Assembly (NCBI GenBank): GCA_040954595.2
Contig: CM082585.2
Coordinates: 7,665,353 to 7,729,352, forward strand
Length of the DNA: 64,000 nt
Direction: 5' to 3'
DNA from: Balanoglossus misakiensis
Taxonomy: Eukaryota > Animalia > Hemichordata
In this document: positions 12,748-26,172 of the stretch, piece by piece
Numbering within the stretch: the first letter of the stretch is position 1
Layout of the letters: each line of letters starts with the position of its first letter
The notes under the pieces: model-generated
What the model was told of the DNA's origin: nothing
The model's input: the letters and a program-made list of their open reading frames with translations, nothing else
The model's database searches: none
Translations under genes and position numbers: made by a program

Positions 12748-12921
12748 AGGTATACGGTCACCTATACAAATTTAGCCACAGTTACCATGGTAAATCGAGA
12801 TCTAACCAATCACAGATTTTCAGTGGGTGGCACACGCGAAAATAAAGCGTTCTTTAGAACACTCAAATACGCCATTTCAACTATATATGGCGATATGTAA
12901 ATTGGAGGTGACTGTATACCT
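12748..12921. mobile_element. Kolobok-like MITE (174 bp)
   Basis: TIR AGGTATACGGTCACCT / AGGTGACTGTATACCT (1 mismatch), flanked by TTAA on both sides (12744-47, 12922-25). AG termini with a TTAA TSD fit the Kolobok superfamily. Confidence 0.8.
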
Positions 12922-13120
12922 TTAAGCGCGCCTGGGCGTCTGCTTTTGTTGATTTCACTGACGCGGTGTTGTGCTTTGGGAAACTATGCGCAAAATGAAA
13001 CGCAACTGCAGGAAAGATATTCACCTCCAGTCATAAATTTTGCTTGTTTTTTTGGTCATTGGTTAGGAGTATAGACCATCTGGTGTCGCGATAAATTTAT
13101 GCGACGGATTTTGTCCTCCC

Positions 13121-13150
13121 CTCCTCCTCCTCCTCCTCCTCATCATCATC

Positions 13151-13190
<40 letters not shown>
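13121..13190. repeat. Compound microsatellite (CCT)n(CAT)n
   Basis: Direct reading of the sequence. Confidence 0.95.
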
Positions 13191-14829
13191 CCATACCAAC
13201 ACCACCATGGTTAATGTTGATATCTTTTCATGGGAAGACCTAGCGACACTACAGCGTCAGTGAAACCCGTCATAACAAAGACAGCCATGCACTTCCACCA
13301 GACCGCATAACGAACAGAAGAAGGACAATTTATCTTCAGAATTACAAGCCGAATCAGCGGGACATGAACTTACCAATTTAAGAATCAGTGTGATGCCGTG
13401 ATTGACAGGATTGTATCATTCATTGTCTGTCGCTTCAGAACTATGACAGCTGTCACTGCCTGTTTGCGTGAATGCAAATACCGGCATGCACGCATCGCCA
13501 CCAGCCCAGACCGAGACCCGAAATCCACGTGGTCCAATTTCTTTCTCAAAAACTAAACACAAAATAAAATGCTCAAAAATTGAGAGAAAACGAAATTGCA
13601 CCTCACTGAGCGAACACACAAAGCTTACATCAGACCGGTATTGGCTAGCAATTTGTAACCAAAAGGATAGTTCCGATGTCAGATCATTATCATGTGTTAA
13701 AACTATATTTCTTGTTATCAATTTTCTCAAAATAGAAATTGTAATTGAATTTATAGGAACTTATGAATGTTTTGTTAAACCAGGCTATTATATTCATGGG
13801 AAGAGCCATTTATTGGTATATAAAGTTGCGAGAAAAACCCTGTCGTCGCGAACCTCACAATCTTCTGGTTTGATGTCATCAAAGGTACCAACAATGGAAA
13901 AACACGGACGTGACAACCATCAAAAAGACCCTGGTTTAAATTACCGTTTGATTACGTGAAAAACTGAAATTATGCAACTTTTTAATATCACAGGAAAAGT
14001 CGGGCCTACAATAACGCCAGTCAAGATTTATTACATTAATATAACTTCAATTTGCTTGTAAAATTCTCATATGAATGAATTATAGAGTTCAGCTACTGTT
14101 ATTTTGTCAAATCTTTGGAAATTGTCAACGGAACAGCCATAGGCGCCAACAGACATAAATAAATATGGCACATTTTTCTTCGTCTAATATAAATTGCCTA
14201 GTACACAATCCATATTCCTTTTGCACGTGTCTATCTTCGCCCAGACTATCAATGCGGTTTACTTCTCGTCTTTAGAAAGTGCAATTTTATACGGGGATTA
14301 ATATTTGCGCTCGTAATTTGAGTTTCTAAATTAATTTGCATTTTTAACAGGGAGAATTTGTCACACGCAATTATTGTGGCTGTTTATAGAGGCTCCTTGG
14401 GAATTGTGACTGTTCTGAAACCGGGCTCGTTTAATTAGTAGCCGTGTAATGAATACGTTCAACATCGAAGTTTTTCTGTGCTCATATCCCTGAAACACTG
14501 CAACGTTAAATGGCGCATCTATAAGTCTTTGGATGACCATGGGGTTTGAACATTTCTTTTCCTCACTTTTTGGTAGTAGCCCCTCCGTCCACATTATTTC
14601 GAACACCCCTACGTTGGAAAGTTACCCTGTCCTGTCGTGCTCGAGTCACCGTGGCTAATATCTAGTGGCTCCCCCCGAAACTAAATGTCAGCTGTCTGCA
14701 ATGTCCACGAAGGCCTGACACAGTGCAATCCGACCAGGGTCTGCAACACGTCGACGCTAAATCGCCAGCGAAAGAGGCCTGGGTCCTTATATAGTATACT
14801 GCCACAACTGGACCAAGTACACAGCGAAT

Positions 14830-14880
14830 ATGTTTGCTCGCTGTCGTGGTGTGTTCGTTGTCTCTCTACTGGGGCATATG
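14830..14880 (+). CDS. Candidate first coding exon (signal peptide N-part) of the adhesion GPCR
   Basis: ATG...MFARCRGVFVVSLLGHM ends at a phase-0 donor ATG|GTATGT. Joined to phase-0 exon 37622 it gives MFARCRGVFVVSLLGHMVLLSCDVICKA-IE, a signal-peptide-like sequence. TATA-like TATATAG at 14788-14794. Confidence 0.6.
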
Positions 14881-17800
14881 GTATGTTCTTAAACGTTTAT
14901 AGATGAACCATTAGAAGAAGTACAACTAACTTATTACACATAATCCTTGCTTTAGTTTATCTAGGACGTGACATTTCACGAAGTGTCAGCTAATTTGTTG
15001 AATTTTCTATTTCGATATAGAAAAAAAGACTTGTTGATATAAATGAAACTTTACCAATAAATACACCTGTCCAGCATTGTATTATCTAGGACAAGCGTAT
15101 AATAGCATATACACACTTTTTGCATTATTCACGGCTTCACAGATATTTAGCGGTGTCGTTAAATTATTACTGCTTGCAATGACATTTCCCGATGTCAAAT
15201 ATGTATCAAATAACCATTTTGTAATCACTCATCTCTGATAGCACTTTTAATCATCTTAGCGCAGTTGCCGTGACGACGGCAGTATGAGATTCACTGACCC
15301 GCGGTGTTAATCGTTTCAGAACGTACAGAATCTCACGTCACCGCACTGTCACAGGCATTGGCAATAATTGCATTGAAAGGTTCCAACTGTTCAGTCAGCT
15401 GCCTGCATTTCTGTCAGCAGTTACTTCTCAGAAGCACATGCTCTAGTCCTTTCTTCCAAGTTGGGGGGGGGGGGGGGAGGGTCACCGTGATGGCCTGTCT
15501 TTCGCACAAATTTTGTTCTACGATCCAATATGGCCGACCGATGTTGCCATGCCCACGCGGATGGTTGTTCGTTGGAAGTTGTACAAGGGATAAACACTCC
15601 ACGTTAACTCCCGGGCTCTATGTGATCAGAACTTAAATGATCCCAAATAAATATAAGTTTTTATGGAAAACCGTTAATGCAAATGTAAGTGTCGTAATAA
15701 AGAAATGGTTCTATTACTTTACGACTGCGATGTGATTCACAATATAAGTCTATTTTTTTATCATATTGGCCCTTTCTGTGACATGGATTTTTAAAATACA
15801 TATATTCATGGTTTACTTAAATGCCCTGAAGACTGTAGTTTTTCTCCTGTGATGAGTACGAAATCTCTTTGTATGCCAATAATGTTGGGCTCGTCCAAGT
15901 GGAAATTATTGTCACCATGCCTTTGTCCCTGTACACAATGTTGCATTGTGGTTTATTCAGGCGTTTACACTGTAAATCATATGAAGTATGATTATTTTTT
16001 ATCTTTTCCTCTCATCGCGCTTTCCTGGAAAATTAAAACCAATCGTGCAATATACAGATATTAATGTGACAATGTGAAAAACTAATTTATTAAAGCAACA
16101 TCTCTTTGTCTACGATCAGACAGATCTATTGATGCATATGTAAATTGCACAGGGACTGTAACATAGTGGGCTCTCACTGCATATAGAGATGGCCACTAAC
16201 ACAGGTTTGACTGGACCGATCAAACTTTTGTTAGTGGCCACTATAGACAGGTTAGCACTGTACTGGTCGAGTGCAGCATTTCCATAAGTCGTTGCACGCA
16301 TAACAATATACTAGTACCCTAAGCATTGAAACGCGCTAAATGACAGTTCCGTGAAGTTAAAACTATTTTACACTCCGCACCGTAATAATAAACCTGCTTG
16401 ATTCGGAATCTCGGCACAAGTCAGAAAGAAAAAGTACACACACAGGTTAATGTCTCGGAGAGTCATCATCTATGAGTTATACTTTCGAGTGGTGACCTCC
16501 AATTATTCGGCGATCGCTCAAAAGTGTAATGACGTTTATTGTTTTGGACATATGCTGAATTAAAATAACACGATCAGTTTTGAGTTTTAATGGTCGGTTT
16601 GAGCTTCCAGTTCTAATGTCAACCCGGGTATCAGCGACATACGCTCGTTTCGCTGGTAAATCACGAACAGGCGTGTTTGACATCCATAGCCTGTATAAGC
16701 CCCGCACTATATGACATTTCCGATTTTAAATGTCTACTTTCGGTTTTACCCACGTGTCATTTTCCTATTTCCTTTACAGATCGGATCGCATTCGTATGTG
16801 CATTATAGGTGATATTTAAAATTAAACCACACAAATACAACTATCATTCGCCCGGGGTGACTTTTTTGCGTGTTATTGCTGTTTCATTAGCTGGCTGAAA
16901 AGTAGGTTGTTTGATTGTCTGTCCTGCAGCAAAGATGTGCGAAATTGAACTGTGAAAAAAAATTAAGTGAGTCTTTCAACTTGATTGATGTTTGATAATT
17001 ACGAACCACAACTGGATACCCTTCCAGCTATTTTATGCAATATTTGACATGATGAGCATGCGCAAATTCAAGGAACTATATATGTTCATCCGCAGACAGA
17101 GACCTATCGACAAACGGCGTTATGTTGTTTCAATCTTTAGGTGCTTTTATGGCAACATTGGCGCTATAAAAGTCTGCAGGCTATTTAGGGGTTTAAATCT
17201 GGTGTTTATACAGACTGCAAGGTTCAATTTATTTTTTTCATTTCGTTCGAGGCCTCTTTCATTGAGTTTAAAAGACTTGTTAGTTATTCCCTACCCAATC
17301 AACGATGACAAATTTCCTTTTAAATTGGTATTAAGACTGGTAATCTCGTTAATATCAACAAAGAGGCGACAGCATTGCCAGAAGCAAAAACAATCTCAGG
17401 AATCAACTGTGTCGAAAGACATTTATACATTTATATTATGGACCCTTCCCTCAAATTAATAAACATTCGTTGTGGCCAATGGCAGTTTTTATATCATTCT
17501 CAAACCTCTGCACTATATCACTATTTGTACATAGTTTCCTCAGCAAAAATGTGACTTCGTTTCAATTAAACTAATAAAACAGATCGATCGCTGTTTGCCC
17601 TAGTGCCTTGTGTGATTATCCATCAACGGTCTGTCGTCCAAAATAATAAATATCTTTTGAATCACCTGCAATCTGAGTTAATTTATTGCGGTCTTTTATG
17701 AACTTGGTCACTCATATAAGCCGCCAATTCCGGTTTCGATTCAACAACTTAATTTATTGGGGAAATATGGGCTGCCTCGCTAATGAGAACACTTGATGAC

Positions 17801-17884
17801 ATTACACTCATGGTTTGAGTGGTTGAATAGACGGATTTGTTGTCAGGCTTACCGTTTCGATTTGCGAAGAACATTGCATTCTTT

Positions 17885-18130
17885 GAACATACCGCTCATT
17901 GCGAGATCTCGCGAGACTTGGTTAATTACCATGGTAGCAAGGGGTCGCTGTTCAAGTAGTTGTATGAAACTAGAACAGGTGCAGATTTCAACCAAAATTG
18001 TAACTTGTGTGCAATTTAACGCGATGGACCACGTGTTGTTTGTCCTGTATCACACGAGAATGTCCTCCCACATAAACTGCCCAGCCACGCGAGATCTCGC
18101 AGGATCTCGTGGAGTTCGGTAATAGTCTAT
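17885..18130 (-). mobile_element. MITE family A, copy 1 (CGAGATCTCG-rich subterminal repeats)
   Basis: Its reverse complement aligns along its length with 19795-20048; contains TCTCGCGAGA at 17907-17916. Left boundary approximate. Confidence 0.75.
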
Positions 18131-19794
18131 GGTCCTTTCATCGTGCCATGCACCATGCACACGCAAATTCCCTGTGACGCGTGCGCATAAATATCCCTAC
18201 AAGAATTAGACGTTCTTTTTGCAGAAGCAAGCTGGGTACAGATTGCGTAAACTGGACTCGTTGGAAATAACATAGACTAAGGACCGGAGCAGCGGATGGT
18301 GTTACAATATCAAGCGACAGAAACGTGCGCCAAGCTACATCTCGTGGATCGAGAGATGAGGTACTTTAATAGGCGTAACTGTCACGTAATATATGTAATC
18401 GACACATAATCCGTTTTACGTGCACCCTACTCGTTCATCTCAATTCCCAGCAGCGTTGATGAAATCATTTCACTTAGATGAGACCGTCAGCTCTCCACGC
18501 GTGGCAACACCAAAGAATCACGGAGAAAATGGGTTGGAATTGAGATAAATGGTAATGTAGCCCTTGTTAGAGACTTACAAATCCGTTCTCTTAGATTATT
18601 ATGAAGGCTTTGGCGCTGTTACTTTTAGCGGAGATCGGAGAAACACTCGGACCATTGTGGGAACTATCTACTATATCATTCAAGCAGTGCTTACTTGATA
18701 ATTTTGCATTGCCAGTGAGCGTGTTACATGCTGTGTGTATACAATACACTAGTGTTAGTCAAAGAAAAAAAAAATCAGAACTAGTTTATGCCTTACATTT
18801 AGAATTAAATAAAATATAGGTGTGATTAGTTGTAGAATGGGATATAGAGTTTTTACAACTGAAGTGGATATAGAACTTGTGGGTCAATGTAAAACTGATC
18901 CATGCGTGTATATAAAACTGTCACTATAGATTAAAGGGACCTGTAACTCCAAACTTTTAAAATGCCAAATAGTTCCATTCGTTTCTCTTAAGACGTCCTA
19001 CATTAGCTCGGGATCGATATTGATCGTACGCAAACCCCTATTATCTAACTCGGTTTGTTAGATTGCCTCATTCTGTCTGTCGGGGGCAAACAACACGTCG
19101 CGTCCATTCCGCGCCGGTTTACATCACGCGTTATTAACGCGCTGATGAAGTAGGGCGGATCAACTTCGATTTGGGGGTGAATTTGTCCGCGGCGCTCCTG
19201 GTGGCCCGAAATCCGCTTTTGGACCACCTAGGTCATTAATAAAGATCAGCGTTCGTTACTTTCATCGGTGAGGTTTTACAAAATCATGTGAATGGAGACA
19301 AATGGAAACTGGCGTTCCCGCGGAGTTCTTTTGTTGCTGTCCCGGAGAAACTTTTCTGTTGAAAACACGACGAAGAACTAGGGTAGAAATGAAAGTTGAC
19401 AATCCGAAGTAAAATAAAGTATAACATTCTGCTTCCAAAATAATGCTTTAATTTTTGCGTTTCTTGTAAGAACCGCGGATACTCTGCACAAGTCGTGTGT
19501 GTGTGTTGGATAACTTTTGTCACAGTCATGGAAAGGAAAGTCCTCATACGTCAACGGTACTAAGCCACATTTTGTAATTACATTTCGAAACACTATACAC
19601 GCTGTACGTCCGGTGAGATTAATTGAAGTGAAACCCCATCATGAGCATTGGATGAGTTCTTCATTTCAGACTAGAGGTAGATGTGACTATTAATTAGGAT
19701 GTGGTCAATTCATGAATATACATTTCTAATCCTTTTTACGTGAATCTCGACCGTAGAAGGGTATGCGCGCGCCCCATATCAGTCCGTGGTGCTC

Positions 19795-20048
19795 AATAGA
19801 CCATTTCCCGAACTCCGCGAGACCCTACGGGATCTCGTGTGACTTTAAGCATTTTATATTGAAGGATATCCTCATGACAAACAACACATGGCCAATCGTG
19901 TGAAATGGCACAAAGGTGACATTTTTGTTAAACTCTGCACCTATTCTAGTTTCAAACAAAGCTCGACTCGCATAAATTACAAGCAACCCGTTGCTGTGGT
20001 AATTACCAAGTCTCGCGAGATCTCGCAATCAGCGGAAAACCATCTATT
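19795..20048 (+). mobile_element. MITE family A, copy 2
   Basis: Termini AATAGA...TCTATT with imperfect subterminal inverted repeats; homologous to 17885-18130; TCTCGCGAGA at 20011-20020. Confidence 0.75.
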
Positions 20049-23000
20049 CAAAGCGGCGATTGACTGGAGAAGACGTCATTGTAATCAGGTTGATTGAACA
20101 TGGTACAATTTTTGTGTGTCTATAGCCGAGTTTTCTGTGATTGTATGAGCAAATACTCTGCTTTTGGTCAAGTTACACATAACGTTCGTCCCCCACCAAC
20201 TACATACAAAAGAAAAACCACAGTGTTACTTTGTCGAATTTGGTTATCACATCACCATATGGGTTTTAAGCCAGCGAAAATTGATTTCTATTTTAAGTTC
20301 CCCAGCAGCAAAAAAGAACATCTTAATTATATATAGCGATGCTATTCTCCTGGTATTCTACAAATGGTGAGTTGTTACGGTGCAATTATGGATAGCCATT
20401 TATATTCGAATTAAAATGTTCTGATTTGTATAACACCACGTATCATACTCGGTTTTGATACATCACCCATCCTCGCCTGAATGAGATACAACCTGCCAGA
20501 CTTAGTAGATTTCTAAAATCAGATTTTAACAAAAAATTCTCTTACGTTCAATTGTGAATAATCTTCAATACATAAAAGCACGACGGGCGCCGTATGTTGG
20601 TTTGGCTTACAATCTCTTGCAGCAACGAGGTATATCTGTAGTCATTAGACATCAGAAGTTTCTTGGAAACTTGTTTGTACGACAAGGCGCCTCGAATGAT
20701 AGACGCGATAATTATGCGTCACGTAACTAGCATGACTGGACATATATAACGAGACTTAGCTTTTCATCTGTTCAACTTTTTTTTTCTTAGGCCAATGCCT
20801 TGGCGTCGTGGCTTTGCAATGTTATAAGCCTCTTTAAATGCGCCGGCGCACGCTCGCTACCTGTGTTGGACACCATGGTTTGTTTTTCGATCAGCCATTT
20901 ACAAGGCCTTGGTCGTATAGTCATTTCAACTCGAGAACATGCCAGGAATATTTTACGCCGTTTTCTAAAACTCACATCCGTGCTTGACAAACGTTTCCGA
21001 AGAAAGGGATAAAAACAGCGAGATTTGGTTGTTTCCATTCACAGTGTTAAAAATATTGTTTTCGGCGAAATGCTGTCTCAATCAGACAGCACGCGTCGGG
21101 AAACGAAATTTCCTAACGCATGCTAGATCACGGACCATTTAATTCATAATTCCTGGAAAGCGTTCATCACTACACAGCGGCGGATATCAGTATTGCTTCA
21201 TAACTCGAATGGCGCTCCCTTTTTTAAACTTTTGCCGGCAGTAATAGAAATCCCCGCTATTGCCCGACATCAGTGGTTATTGCCTGGAAAATCACCTCAT
21301 ATACAACATTAGCACCTTCAGATCGAGGTGTAATGGTATGTTTGATGTGCAAGCGACCGGGGGCACCGCGAACACGCAATCCTAAAGGTTTAGTCATCGC
21401 AAATAATGCAGATTAAAATTCAGCTGTTTTAATTGAATAAAGGATTTCGTTAACCGCGTTATATACATCACGGTAGCCATGACAACGTTGCTGTAGTCTG
21501 TAACGTCTGACTAATAAGTAAAGCGCAATGCCGCCAGAGTCAGTCTGCCATACGTCGTTTCGGTGTATTTTATTTTGTTAATGGCTATTTCTATTATTCA
21601 CCAGCGAGGCAGCGAAACTGATGGACCGACTAATATTTCTGTCGGTGTCTAGGTGGTGAATCTAGTAAAAAAATATACCATTAAAATTCTTTTCCCAGCG
21701 CCATTCACTGGTCATGAATTAGTTGCCAGTTTACAAGTTGACGACACCGTTCCACTTTTCAATATTTCACGATACACTGAGTCAATCACGAGAGGCGATG
21801 TCATTTCTGTTCTGCAGTTTTATAGCAATCCATAAATCCTTTCGAAAATCGCCCCATTGTGCTTATTCCCACTCAGAATGATAGATGTATTCAATTTAAG
21901 TTTGTATTGACACGGAGACAAAATCCTCAAATAGTGATATGAATTATTGGACTCCACTGTTTCGGGAATGACTGCGGAAAAACCACGAGACCGCATCGCG
22001 CAATCATCTTCACGCAACACACCCACTGAGTTCTCAATAGTCGTCAACTTTTTTCCCCTAATAACTCAAGCTTTAGATATAAAAATACTGATGATAAATT
22101 CCCCCACCGCTTGACTTGTGAATCGAGTAGCCAAAGACGTGGACAGCGCGTGCGTGATTTATCATAATGTTTCTGAAAGTAATACAATATTTGATTGAAT
22201 TGCACAGATGATCACTTCATCATTTCCTTCTCCGGAAGTACTGTGTGGTTCTGTTTGTTGATCCATTAAGCAGGACTGTTTAAATTCTTACAAGGCAAGA
22301 TGCATTTTGTCCGAAAAAGAACAATACTATAGGCTCTAAGTTGCAATATGTTGAATTACCTACAAGTTGCATACCTATATTAAATATTCCACGACCGAAG
22401 AGGCGAATTAACTGGTAGAATGTTGCCAAACACTGCATTTTATTCTTTTGCTGTACAAACACTACTGATTATTTATTGAGGCTGTTCAATTTCATGTGGC
22501 AAATTTTGTTTACTAAACAGTCTAATCTCCAAGGATACACATCCCGGTTTTATTGTTGCCCTGAGCCAATGCGCGCTAACCTATTCACAGCCCCTTCTGT
22601 CATTTTCAGAGCGACGATGATGATGTAACACACACATCAGAAAATCTTTACAAAAATATTCCATCGAGTCGACAAATTACACCCAATATTGCTCCCGTAG
22701 CAAATAACCAGATCCCACAAAATACACATGCCACATGAAATGCGTAGATTGTGTATGGTGGGGTGATAGAACGGGACATACAACCGCGGAAATTGAAATT
22801 TACCAAGCATATATGGGTATGAATTAGACAGTGAAGGACAGACGAATGAATAATACGAGCCAACTGGCATGAAACTGCGGATAATGAAACTTCAACATTG
22901 ACGACATCGTACTGGCTAGCGAAGATGTCCCACAAAATGGAAGTTTGGAAGTTCGAAAATGCTACGGCAACTTTATGCTTTAAGCTTTCACATACCGACA

Positions 23001-23836
23001 CCCTACCCTACCTTACAACACCCGCTGTATACTAGTATATTCCTTCCACACACAAAAACATGTTGGGCGCCCGTCACTATATGACCCCAAAACGGCACTG
23101 TCACTTCTACAAATGCACATTCTCAATGCCTCCACGAGAGGCGACAATATTCAACCTGTAACGACGTTTCCCTCATTCATCATTTTGAAGCATAATTGCT
23201 CTCTAAAATCCCGGCCTTGCTCGTTTAAAATCCTTCTCCCCCATCACTCATCTCAGCGTCGCTTGGCGCAGAAATCGATTCCCGCGCTCTTGGACGTTTT
23301 GAGCAGGTGCCTCTTGCATGACTGGGGGTTTAAAACGCACTTTAGGCCGGTTTCAGTGATTACCACCAAGACACTGCAGCTGTGACAGGCACTGAATTTA
23401 AACAAATGGTTCCTTGAAATACGTGAACTTTGCTCAACACATACCTTTGTATTCTTGTGTCTTGTTTTGATGAAAAGATCACGGTTTTCCCAAATCCGTC
23501 TTGAATACCCTGTTGGCAGGTGGAAAAGACGGGTTATTTCATGAAGGTATACTAATGGCTTTAAGGATTTCTATTTCACAAGAGGAGGCCGAGAAAAGTG
23601 AACGCCATTTTCGTGTTTAAACTGCAAAAACAGCCTGAGGTAAAATATCTGCAAGCCAGCAAACTGCGACTTGTCAATTTATAACGCACATTCTCATATT
23701 TTGCACAAAGTAATTTTAGCTTTAGAGTAACTTCTCTGCGTCTGGGGCTTCTTGGCGAGTTATGCAGACATTCGAGATATTGCGCAATATGGATGATGGG
23801 ACTCACGTTTACATTAGGAAAAGTGAATTAAAGTTA

Positions 23837-24122
23837 TGTAGCACTCTGTGATCAACGAGTTCAAACTGCAGCATGAGCTTTCGGAAACATGTAGTCCCCT
23901 CCATCGGATGCACTCGTGGAATGAACAGAGAAACAGAGAATCATGGGGTATTCAAAGTAGAAAATATGTGCAGGACCAGGTGCATCAGAAAACAAAAGAA
24001 GGGTTGGGTGTGAAAATTGAAGAATGGAAATGTTAATGGATGCAAATTTGTAAATGGGTACATCATGTTCCGTGTACACAGCTCATGCTGTAGTTTCAAC
24101 TTGTTGATCACAGAGTGCTTCA
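23837..24122. mobile_element. MITE with ~40-bp TIRs
   Basis: AGCACTCTGTGATCAACGAGTTCAAACTGCAGCATGAGCT (from 23840) versus the reverse complement of the segment ending at 24119: 37/40 identical. Probable TA TSD (23835-36, 24123-24). Confidence 0.8.
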
Positions 24123-26100
24123 TATTGTACTGAAGATCAACACGGCAATACTCCTAACTAGAAAAAGTGTTGCTCATCACATCATCTAATCATGGTTGAG
24201 TTTTTTTCGCGCCACCATTAGTGCCCTCAGTCGGCAAAGAGTTAAACAAGGTCCGAGCCAGAAAGAAAAGTGTTTTCAAAACCCTCGACCCTGAGAACGG
24301 CGTTATTGTTCGCTGGCGCATGCAAGCGGTGCGAAAAGTGTTCGTTCATTGCAGTCGGGCGCTTGATCTGAAGGCCCGGATCGGAGGATGGACGCGTTGC
24401 CCGGGAACGACGCTTTATCTCCCGCTTGGCGTATAAATTAAACCGGCACTTCATTTTTTTACGACAGAGTGCCGAGAATTCATGGGAAGTGAGATCGGGA
24501 ACACATGTCATATATTTGCGCTGCGTAAATGTACCGAATTCTCGATTTCAGATACTAGAGATTCGCGCTATTTATACAAGGGGTTTGAATTCTATACTAT
24601 GGATCAACACGGCCATTATATTACCTTTATTTGAGCAAGGCCCGATAACTTCTAGTGAGGACCCACTTTTAGCCTATCGGCACATCCTGTATGTGTAACG
24701 GTGAATGAATTCACTTGTCGACAACAACAATTTACGTTGCACACATATTGTATTGGGTCTCTGTGAAAGAAATTCTAGTTGACACTCGGAACGAGGTTAC
24801 GGTGAAAGCCACTTCTGAGTCGCGTCAAGGGCTTTCGAAAGACCGCTTTATTGGACACGAACGTCGTAAACGTGTAATGGGCCACTTGCGGCAGTTCGCC
24901 GAAAAGTTCTTGAGAAACGAGATATGTTTTGTATTTGTGTTCAGCACTTGTGCTTGTCGGGGAAACAGAACTGCGCCACATGTTACGCAAGGGTCGTGAT
25001 TTTGATCCATAAAGGTACGGTCAACATCTCGGCCCCGCTTTCCTTTTTGACCTGAGCACGAGATGTTTGATGGGCACTCCAGTTTCATTAACCCGATTTC
25101 CCTTCGAAGAAAGAGGCTCAACACGAACCTCCTCCACGCCTGCATATATCACCGACTACTTGACTTGACTTGACAAACGTCACTTGTCAAAACTTATTTG
25201 AGCTGCGGCACGTCGAGACACCCGATGCGCTGCCATGGCGACGATCTCATCATCACCTGTCGCGGTTGTAATCGTATCTACTATGGCCGGGATATATAGG
25301 TTCGTGTCGGTGTCTTGAAAGCGCTCCGTGGGAAGAACAAGCGCCAAGTATTAGCGATTCAACGCGTCCCGACAGAAGGCGGTGTCGTGGGAATCACTTA
25401 TCGATCGACAGCGACAGATCGAATCGTGGGACCATCGACGCCTGTGAGTGACACAATGATTGAAGTCCGTCCAAATGTCACAGTTTAGGACAAGAACTAT
25501 ACATGGGAAGGAGATCCAGTCGCTTCTAGTGTCTTTTTTAATATTCCTTGCCTAGTTTCCCCCGACGAGTGACTTATCGCCTTGTGCGCAAACAACGCAA
25601 ATCACCTCGAATATATACACAACTAACATGCGATTGCGCACGTTGCATTCGTTCTCGCTATATCTGGGCCGACGGTTGAACTTTACTTTACTTTAATTTT
25701 GTAAACAGAAAGTTTGTGTGTGTGTGTGGGGGGGGGGGGTTGCGACAACTTATAGCAATAAATGCAATGTATGATTTTTCTGCTCACTGCCGAAAAAACA
25801 TCACGTGATGACGGGGACATTTGCAAGGTTGGTTACCTCCACATGACGTCCTTGATTTGCAATATTACCCTTGATTGTTTTGTCTCTTTCCTAAATCAGT
25901 ATACATTTAACCGAACGTCGGTCTCTCTGTGTACACGGACCATGAGGGCTAAATCAAAAAGTACGTATGCACTTTGTGTGTGTTTTTGTGCCTTGCCCTT
26001 ACATACACGTTTTAGTAAAAAAAAATCTGTGATTGTTTTTGCAAGCGAGAATGATTCGAGGCGTTCAATGGCATATGATCATCCAACAAAAAAAGAAGAC

Positions 26101-26172
26101 TGCGTTGGCCGGGAATCGAACCCGGGACAATTGCTTGGAAGGCAACTATGTTAACCACTACACCACCAACGC
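26101..26172 (-). tRNA. trnG-TCC: tRNA-Gly(TCC)
   Basis: GCGTTGGTGGTGTAGTGGTTAACATAGTTGCCTTCCAAGCAATTGTCCCGGGTTCGATTCCCGGCCAACGCA: 72-nt cloverleaf, anticodon TCC, A and B boxes, T7 Pol III terminator (A-run 26088-26094 on +). Confidence 0.97.

Noticed and set aside
13804-14169. Possible MITE with GCCATTTATT / AATAAATATGGC ends
   Set aside because: TIR short and gapped, no clear TSD, no second copy in the window.
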